DNA of 64,000 bases. It comes from Limisphaerales bacterium (lineage in GTDB: Bacteria > Verrucomicrobiota > Verrucomicrobiia > Limisphaerales > AAA164-E04). The notes under the pieces were generated by a model. The model worked only from the letters and a program-made list of their open reading frames with translations, made no database searches and was not told where the DNA came from. Numbering within the stretch: the first letter of the stretch is position 1; each line of letters starts with the position of its first letter. The stretch is taken from positions 2,031,127 through 2,095,126 of the forward strand of contig OZ241891.1 of NCBI GenBank assembly GCA_965203425.1, read 5' to 3'. Positions 57,761-64,000 of the stretch are shown piece after piece. The translations under genes were made by a program, and so were the position numbers.

Positions 57761-57787
57761 CCGAATTCGCGAACGCCTTTTCTTTTC

Positions 57788-58717
57788 ATGGCCGGCAATG
57801 GGCAGTTAGCGAGTTGGAAAAGAGGACGGATCCGAGTCTCTTTCGCCTTTGGCGTGGCGATGTTTGCAATGTCCTCTATCTTTGTAGGGACGCATCTGGC
57901 TCGCGCCGCCGCGTTTGACCGCGAGGAAATTCACGGCATTCCCTTTGTTCACATCCCAGCCGGTCGGTTTGTGATGGGATCCACTCAAGAAAACCAACTG
58001 CTTTTGGAAGAAAAAGGATGGTGGAATCGTTTCCTTTCCGTTGAACAGCCCGCCCATCTAGTTGTCATTCGCCGCTCTTTTTGGATTGGCCAAACCGAAG
58101 TCACCCAAGCCCAGTGGAAGCGCGTCATGGGAAAGCCTCATGCCCAAGTCTCCTTTGAAGGAGATGATCGGCCGGTGGATTCTGTGAGTTATCGCGACGC
58201 GCAGCAATTCCTCAAAGCGATCAATCAACTTGGGACAAGGCGTTTCCGATTGCCCACCGAAGCGGAGTGGGAGTATTGCTGTCGGGCGGGCGGTTGGGGA
58301 TTGTTTCTGGTTGGAGAGGGCGGAGGCTTGGTCGAGGACAAAACCTTAGGCGCTTATTGCTGGATGAAAAGCAATTCCGGCGGCGGCACTCAACCGGTAG
58401 CCGCCAAAAAACCGAATGCTTGGGGATTGCACGATATGTTGGGAAACGTGTGGGAATGGTGCGGTGACTTTTACGGCCGCGAAGTTTATCGGCATCGTCG
58501 CAACGGGGCGACGGATCCGATTCGTCAATCGCCTTTCCCGGAACGGGTCATAAGAGGCGGCAGTTGGTTTTTGCCCATCGAATATCAACGAGCCTCCTTG
58601 CGAAGCGGCAGGCGAGAGGAAGAAAGAAGCACTTATGTCGGCTTCCGCCTAGTGTGCGAAATCCTCAATGGTGAAGTTGACGAAAAAGAATCCTCGCCGG
58701 CAGACGCGAATTTGTGA
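57788..58717 (+). CDS. formylglycine-generating-enzyme (FGE/SUMF1) family protein
   Basis: FVHIPAGRFVMGS, AWGLHDMLGNVWEWCGDFY, RGGSWF and YVGFRLV. Confidence 0.85.
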   Translation: MAGNGQLASWKRGRIRVSFAFGVAMFAMSSIFVGTHLARAAAFDREEIHGIPFVHIPAGRFVMGSTQENQLLLEEKGWWNRFLSVEQPAHLVVIRRSFWIGQTEVTQAQWKRVMGKPHAQVSFEGDDRPVDSVSYRDAQQFLKAINQLGTRRFRLPTEAEWEYCCRAGGWGLFLVGEGGGLVEDKTLGAYCWMKSNSGGGTQPVAAKKPNAWGLHDMLGNVWEWCGDFYGREVYRHRRNGATDPIRQSPFPERVIRGGSWFLPIEYQRASLRSGRREEERSTYVGFRLVCEILNGEVDEKESSPADANL

Positions 58718-58823
58718 GGATTCCAATTCATTTTGCCCGCCCCCAAATCAGAAGATGCAGACAGACTTTCCCCAACGGACGTATTCAAGTTATTGGATTT
58801 GCGGGCAGTTCGCCTCAAGCCGT

Positions 58824-59315
58824 TCATCCGACGGTAGAAGCCGGCGGGAAGGCGCATTCGCTGGGAAAGCCTTGTTGTCGAAGCGCTTCGTAGAGGACTA
58901 TGGCGGCGCAGTTAGCCAAGTTCAGCGATCGGGCGGCGGGATGGAACATCGGAATGCGGATCCAGCAGTCCGGGTATTGCGCAAGCAACTTTGGCGGCAG
59001 GCCGGCGGATTCTCGGCCAAAGAGGAGAAAGTCTTCGGCGGCGTATTGGACTTCGGCGTAGTGTTTGGCCCCTGCGGATTCGATGAACCAAAACCGTCCC
59101 CGTCTGCCTTGGGTTGTGTGAAAGGATTGCCAGTTGTCCCATCGATGCCACGAAACTTGTTGCCAATAATCCATTCCAGCGCGTTGCAGGCGTTTGTCGT
59201 TCATCTGGAATCCGAGCGGTTCGACGAGGTGAAGCGAGGTTTTTGTCGCCGCGCAGAGTCGGGCGATATTCCCAGTGTCGGGAGGAATTTCGGGTTCGAT
59301 CAAGACGACGCGCAT
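58824..59315 (-). CDS. trmL: tRNA (cytidine/uridine-2'-O)-methyltransferase TrmL (SpoU family)
   Basis: MRVVLIEPEIPPDTGNIARLCAATKTSLHLVEPLGF and LLFGRESAGLP. Confidence 0.88.
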   Translation of the reverse strand: MRVVLIEPEIPPDTGNIARLCAATKTSLHLVEPLGFQMNDKRLQRAGMDYWQQVSWHRWDNWQSFHTTQGRRGRFWFIESAGAKHYAEVQYAAEDFLLFGRESAGLPPKLLAQYPDCWIRIPMFHPAARSLNLANCAAIVLYEALRQQGFPSECAFPPASTVG

Positions 59316-59524
59316 TGGGCGGATTATCAGGCGTCGGCTTTTTCAAAGCGAATAAAAAAGTCTTCCCCATCGCGGTTTGGACAAGCCTGCACAATCCTTG
59401 GATTACCGAGGTTTTTTCACCGGATTCAAAATTCCAGTGGGTCGTCAATTTTCCGTGGTTGCCAAGCAAAGAGAAGGCAGTATATTGCGCTCGACGCCAA
59501 GCGCAATGGCAGACGGCGCGCATT

Positions 59525-60967
59525 ATGCAGATATTGAATTTTATTTTTATCCTTTTGGAAGTTCTAGCGCTTTTCAACTTGCTCATCATCGTGCATGAGC
59601 TGGGACACTTTTGGGCGGCGAAATGGCGGGGGTTGCACGTGGAGCGATTCGGGATTTGGTTTGGCAAGCCGCTTTGGGAGCGGACTTATGGCGGAGTAAA
59701 GTATTCGTTGGGGTGCATCCCGGCGGGCGGTTTTGTGGCTCTGCCGCAACTGGCGCCGATGGAGGCTTTGGAAGGGGAAAGCGAAGTGAAGTACGCGGAC
59801 TTGCCCAAGATTAAGGCGATGGACAAGATCATCGTTGCCTTTGCCGGTCCCTTGTTCAGCTTCGGTCTGGCGATTTTGATTGCCTGCATTGTTTGGGGTA
59901 TCGGCCGACCAGTAAGCCAAACGGAAACCACAACAGTGGTGGGTTATGTGTTTCCGGAATCGCCGGCCGAGCAAGCGGGCATTCTTCCCGGTGACAAGAT
60001 TCTGGAAGTCGACGGGAGGCCAGTGGAGCGATGGACAGGTATCGGTAATGCGGTCACTTGGCGAATCGTGAGCAGTGTCGGAGAAACGATAGCCATCAAA
60101 GTGGATCGCGACGGAGAGACCAAAGAATTAGCTGCCACGCCTACCCGTGAGGAGACTAAGGCCTGGGAACGCGCAAGCCTGAGGCAAATCAAGATGCTTC
60201 CGCTACAGACGCCCATCGTCGCCGGAGTGCAAAAGAATAGTCCGGCTGAGCGAGCGGGGATTCAAGTCAACGACATCATCGCCGCCGTGAATTCGATCAA
60301 ACTCTATAATCCGCGGAGATTAAGCCGTTACATTCAAGATAATCCGGACATCGATATGGTCTTGGATATTGTCCGTGATGATAAGCCGATCCAAGTAAAG
60401 CTTCGGCCGGAGATGCCGGTTTATCCGGAAGACTACGAAGAAGAGAAACGGGTGATGATCGGTGTTGCGTGGGATTTGTCGGGCGATATTACCATTGCTC
60501 ATCCCGGCCCGTGGGAGCAAGTTCAGGCAAGTGTGATGGCGATGGTGAACACTTTTGACGCCTTGTTAACGAGAAAGTCGGACATTGGGGCGCAGCATTT
60601 GAGCGGGCCCATTGGGATCATGCGGATCTACTATCTCCTGTTTGAGAGTGAATTTGGTTGGCGTCTGGCTTTGTGGTTTAGCGTGTTGCTTAATGTCAAT
60701 TTGGCGATTTTGAATCTGTTGCCCATTCCGGTTCTAGACGGCGGCCATATTGTGATGGCCGCAACAGAAGGCCTGTTCCGTCGGCCCATACCCTATTGGA
60801 TTCTCAATTCTGTCCAGAACATATGCGCCTTGTTAATCATCGGTTACATGCTCTACATTACCTTTTTCGACGTTCAAGATTTGCGCACGGAGAAAACCTC
60901 CAAGATTTATTTTGCCGCTCCTGAGGCCGAGTCCGATCCCGCAATGGAACCCACCCGCTCTCCGTAA
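59525..60967 (+). CDS. rseP: RIP zinc metalloprotease RseP
   Basis: ATG 59525 (MQILNFIFILLEVLALFNLLIIVHELGHFWAAK). PDZ regions are present, plus NLLPIPVLDGGH. Confidence 0.9.
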   Translation: MQILNFIFILLEVLALFNLLIIVHELGHFWAAKWRGLHVERFGIWFGKPLWERTYGGVKYSLGCIPAGGFVALPQLAPMEALEGESEVKYADLPKIKAMDKIIVAFAGPLFSFGLAILIACIVWGIGRPVSQTETTTVVGYVFPESPAEQAGILPGDKILEVDGRPVERWTGIGNAVTWRIVSSVGETIAIKVDRDGETKELAATPTREETKAWERASLRQIKMLPLQTPIVAGVQKNSPAERAGIQVNDIIAAVNSIKLYNPRRLSRYIQDNPDIDMVLDIVRDDKPIQVKLRPEMPVYPEDYEEEKRVMIGVAWDLSGDITIAHPGPWEQVQASVMAMVNTFDALLTRKSDIGAQHLSGPIGIMRIYYLLFESEFGWRLALWFSVLLNVNLAILNLLPIPVLDGGHIVMAATEGLFRRPIPYWILNSVQNICALLIIGYMLYITFFDVQDLRTEKTSKIYFAAPEAESDPAMEPTRSP

Positions 60968-60972
60968 TCTCA

Positions 60973-62778
60973 ATGCGCTATTGTTCTTCTTTTTATCGCT
61001 TTTGTCGGAGGAAGACTCGCGAGGTGGTCGTTGGCGATCCGTCCAACGGCGGCGTCATTATCGGCGGCGATCATCCAGTCGTGCGGCAGTCCATGCTCAC
61101 TTGCGACACTTTGGACACGGAAACCTGCGTGCGGCAAACTCAGGACTTGGCAAAGGCGGGTTGCCAGCTTGTGCGCATTACGGCGCAAACCGTGCGGCAC
61201 GCCGCAAACCTAAAACACATCGTCTCCCGGCTTCGATCCGAAGGATGTCCGACGCCGATTGTGGCGGACATTCACTTCAAACCCGAAGCCGCTATGGAGG
61301 CGGCGAAATGGGTGGAGGCGGTGCGGATCAATCCGGGAAATTACGCGGATAGCAAAAAATTCGCAGTGCGAGAATATACGGACGCCGAGTATGCCGAGGA
61401 GATTGCGCGATTGGAGGCGAAGTTTACTCCTTTGGTGAAGCGTTGCAAAGACTTGGGTCGGGCGATGCGAATTGGCGTCAATCATGGTTCGTTGAGCGAT
61501 CGAATCATGAACCGTTTTGGCGACACTCCGCTGGGGATGGTAGAGAGCGCGTTGGAGTTTGCCCGAATCGCCCGCAGTTTGAATTTTCACAACTTCAAAT
61601 TCTCGATGAAGTCCAGCAATCCAAAAGTGATGATCGAATGCTATCGTCTTTTGGCGGCGCGGTTGGAAGACTTGGGAGCGGATTGGAATTATCCACTCCA
61701 CTTGGGCGTGACTGAGGCAGGAGACGGAGAGGACGGCCGCATCAAAAGCGCCGTCGGAATTGGCTCGCTTCTCTGCGATGGTTTGGGAGATACGATTCGG
61801 GTTTCGTTGACCGAAGATTCGCCCAAGGAAATCGCCGTCTGCAACGATCTGTTGGCAGAAATTCCAGAATTGACTTCGGCAGAAGCGCCGGCGTTTGACC
61901 TTCAAGCGAGTTATGATCCGTTCGCCTATCGACGCCGCACAACGCCTGAAATTGAGTTGGCGGAAAATATTGCCGCAGGAGCGGATCAACCCATTCGAGT
62001 CGTGGTCACTCAATCTAATTGGGAAACAATCGCGCCGAAGATTCGCCCCTTTGACGACGTCCGACCAGAGGCGGTCTATGAAGATTTAAATCTTTTGGAA
62101 GTTGATCCTCGCCGAGAGTTTGCCGTGCAGTGCGATGCGCAGTTGACGACGGTTGCCGACGGAGTGGAATTGCCGGCGATTCCAGCCTTTCGGCTTCTTG
62201 CCGCCAAGATTCGAAGGCTTGGATGGGACAATCCGATTCTGTTAAAAGACACTCTGCTCCCTCCTGATCCGCCGTTGCATTCCCGGATTGCGTTGTTGCG
62301 TAGCTCGACGATTATCGGGTCGTTGTTGGCGGACGGCATTGGCGACGCCGTTATGATTCGCAACGAGGCCAATCCTGCCGCGTCGCTGCGTCTCGCCTAC
62401 AACATTCTTCAAGCGGCGGGCTGTCGTTCGTTCAAAACCGACTACGTGGCATGCCCTTCTTGCGGCCGAACGCTTTTTGACCTCCAAGCTGTCACCGCCA
62501 AAATCCGCCGCCGAACCGAGCATCTCAAAGGCGTGAAAATCGCCGTGATGGGGTGCATTGTCAACGGACCGGGAGAAATGGCCGATGCGGATTTTGGATA
62601 CGTGGGCGGCGCTCCCGGAAAGATCAACCTTTATGTTGGAAAAAAAGCGGTGAAGTTTCACATCCCCGAAGCGGAGGCCGTAGAGCGCTTAATTGACCTC
62701 ATCCGTGAACATGGCAAGTGGCGAGAGGCGAAGCCGAACTCAATGAAAGAGGCGCAAACAGCGGCCGTTTTTTCGTAA
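60973..62778 (+). CDS. ispG: 4-hydroxy-3-methylbut-2-en-1-yl diphosphate synthase, long form with insert domain
   Basis: VVVGDPSNGGVIIGGDHPVVRQSM, VRINPGNY and CPSCGRT...MGCIVNGPGEMADADFGYVGG. 601 aa. Confidence 0.9.
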   Translation: MRYCSSFYRFCRRKTREVVVGDPSNGGVIIGGDHPVVRQSMLTCDTLDTETCVRQTQDLAKAGCQLVRITAQTVRHAANLKHIVSRLRSEGCPTPIVADIHFKPEAAMEAAKWVEAVRINPGNYADSKKFAVREYTDAEYAEEIARLEAKFTPLVKRCKDLGRAMRIGVNHGSLSDRIMNRFGDTPLGMVESALEFARIARSLNFHNFKFSMKSSNPKVMIECYRLLAARLEDLGADWNYPLHLGVTEAGDGEDGRIKSAVGIGSLLCDGLGDTIRVSLTEDSPKEIAVCNDLLAEIPELTSAEAPAFDLQASYDPFAYRRRTTPEIELAENIAAGADQPIRVVVTQSNWETIAPKIRPFDDVRPEAVYEDLNLLEVDPRREFAVQCDAQLTTVADGVELPAIPAFRLLAAKIRRLGWDNPILLKDTLLPPDPPLHSRIALLRSSTIIGSLLADGIGDAVMIRNEANPAASLRLAYNILQAAGCRSFKTDYVACPSCGRTLFDLQAVTAKIRRRTEHLKGVKIAVMGCIVNGPGEMADADFGYVGGAPGKINLYVGKKAVKFHIPEAEAVERLIDLIREHGKWREAKPNSMKEAQTAAVFS

Positions 62779-62934
62779 AACCTTTTCAAAGTGTTTACTT
62801 TCTTGAACCTCTTGCCTATGAGTTTCGCCATTTCCCTTCGATTTTTCCGTCGCATATTTATTGGAAGAAAAGAATGATTGCCTTTTTTAGCGGATTGGAC
62901 ATTCTTTCCGGAGTTCCTTAAATTTATTTCAGTT

Positions 62935-64000
62935 ATGTTGAAAAATAAAACTTCTTCTTTGGCAAGTTCTCGGCGGCAATTCCTTCGCCGGGCGACGGGC
63001 GCCTCAGCGGCAGTGTTGGGTTTTCCCCAAATTGTGCCGTCCTCCGTGTTAGGATTGCAGGGTGCGGTGGCGCCGAGCAATCGGATTGCAATTGGGATCA
63101 TTGGTACCGGAAATCAGGGAACCAATGACATGAGACAATTCTTGGGAGATTCGCGAGTGCAAGTCCTAGCAGTCTGCGACGTAAACAAAAAAGGCGCGGG
63201 CTATTGGAATGGAAAAATCGCCGGACGAGACCCAGCGCGGGAAATTGCCGAAGCGCATTATGCGGAAAAATCAGACTCCGGTCGTTATCGGGGATGCGCC
63301 AGCTATCGAGATTTTCGGGACTTGCTGGATCGTCCGGACATCGATGCAGTGGAAATCGCCACTCCCGACCATTGGCACGCCATTCCAACCATCCTGGCCG
63401 CCAAAGCAGGCAAAGACGTTTACTGCCAAAAACCCCTCTCGCTGACAATCGTCGAAGGCCGGGCAATGAGCGACGCAATAAAACGTCACAAACGAGTGTT
63501 CCAAACGGGAAGCCAGCAACGTTCGGACAAACGCTTCCGACACGGTTGCGAATTAGTGCGAAACGGGCGAATCGGAAAACTCCTCGAAGTAGAGTGCGGA
63601 TTGCCCGGAGGACGCCCGGACATCGGCAAAAACGGAGACCGCAAGGCGCCGGAGCCCGTTCCTGCAGGATTTGACTACGACTTCTGGTTGGGGCCGGCGC
63701 CCCACGCCCTTTATGCGCCAGCACGAGTGGGCGTAAACTTCCGCTGGAATTACGATTACTCCGGAGGTCAACTCACAGACTGGGGCGGACATCACCCAGA
63801 CATCGCCCAATGGGGAATGGGAACCACGCACACCGGCCCCGTCAAAATCAAGAACGCCAAAGGCGTCTGGCCGGAGGACCCCTTGTGGAACACGGCGACC
63901 GAATACTCCTTCGAAGCCCACTATCGCTCCGGCGTAGTGATGAAAATTTCAGACAAATTCCGCATGGGCGTCACCTTCAAAGGCACAGACGGTTGGGTTT
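62935..64000 (+). CDS. Gfo/Idh/MocA-family oxidoreductase with Tat-type signal, 3'-truncated by the window edge
   Basis: Not in the ORF track because no stop falls in the window. I translated it by hand from ATG 62935: MLKNKTSSLASSRRQFLRRATGASAAVLGFPQ...IAIGIIGTGNQGTND...DAVEIATPDHWH...YCQKPLS. The frame is open to nt 63999. Confidence 0.85.
   Translation, partial: MLKNKTSSLASSRRQFLRRATGASAAVLGFPQIVPSSVLGLQGAVAPSNRIAIGIIGTGNQGTNDMRQFLGDSRVQVLAVCDVNKKGAGYWNGKIAGRDPAREIAEAHYAEKSDSGRYRGCASYRDFRDLLDRPDIDAVEIATPDHWHAIPTILAAKAGKDVYCQKPLSLTIVEGRAMSDAIKRHKRVFQTGSQQRSDKRFRHGCELVRNGRIGKLLEVECGLPGGRPDIGKNGDRKAPEPVPAGFDYDFWLGPAPHALYAPARVGVNFRWNYDYSGGQLTDWGGHHPDIAQWGMGTTHTGPVKIKNAKGVWPEDPLWNTATEYSFEAHYRSGVVMKISDKFRMGVTFKGTDGWV

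Overview
This is a 64-kb, gene-dense chromosomal stretch with about 55 supportable genes. I saw no rRNA, tRNA, CRISPR array, transposase or integrase. Gene content suggests (inference) a PVC-superphylum bacterium, probably Verrucomicrobiota-like. The pointers are prepilin-type DUF1559-like genes, a large double-CxxCH protein near a Tat-signal DUF1501-like protein, sulfatase and FGE-type genes, and a Tat-signal Gfo/Idh/MocA oxidoreductase. The backbone is housekeeping: MEP pathway (dxr, ispD, ispG), glycolysis (pgk, tpiA, eno), secG, rnc, rseP, tsaD, trmL, sppA, a C-terminal processing protease, cobA-hemD, larB-larC and sufE. Accessory material is interspersed. (1) nt 1613-14277 is one co-directional minus-strand block. 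It holds a Type III-like restriction-modification pair (res then mod), followed by a tight three-gene operon: NfeD/YqiJ-like membrane protein, flotillin (SPFH), and a 1762-aa single-AAA+ protein. This operon is my best candidate for an undescribed system. (2) A beta-class DNA methyltransferase fused to an HNH nuclease is start/stop-overlapped with cobA-hemD. (3) A Type II-like methyltransferase plus HNH endonuclease pair is wedged between secG and an opp-like ABC operon. (4) A secreted protein is built from four Cys-motif repeats. (5) Several genes for secreted or prepilin-like proteins are decayed by in-frame TAG codons or frameshifts. (6) Two tiny membrane-protein ORFs sit between pgk and tpiA. 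All functional calls come from motif recognition by eye. No database search, GC calculation or RNA folding could be run.
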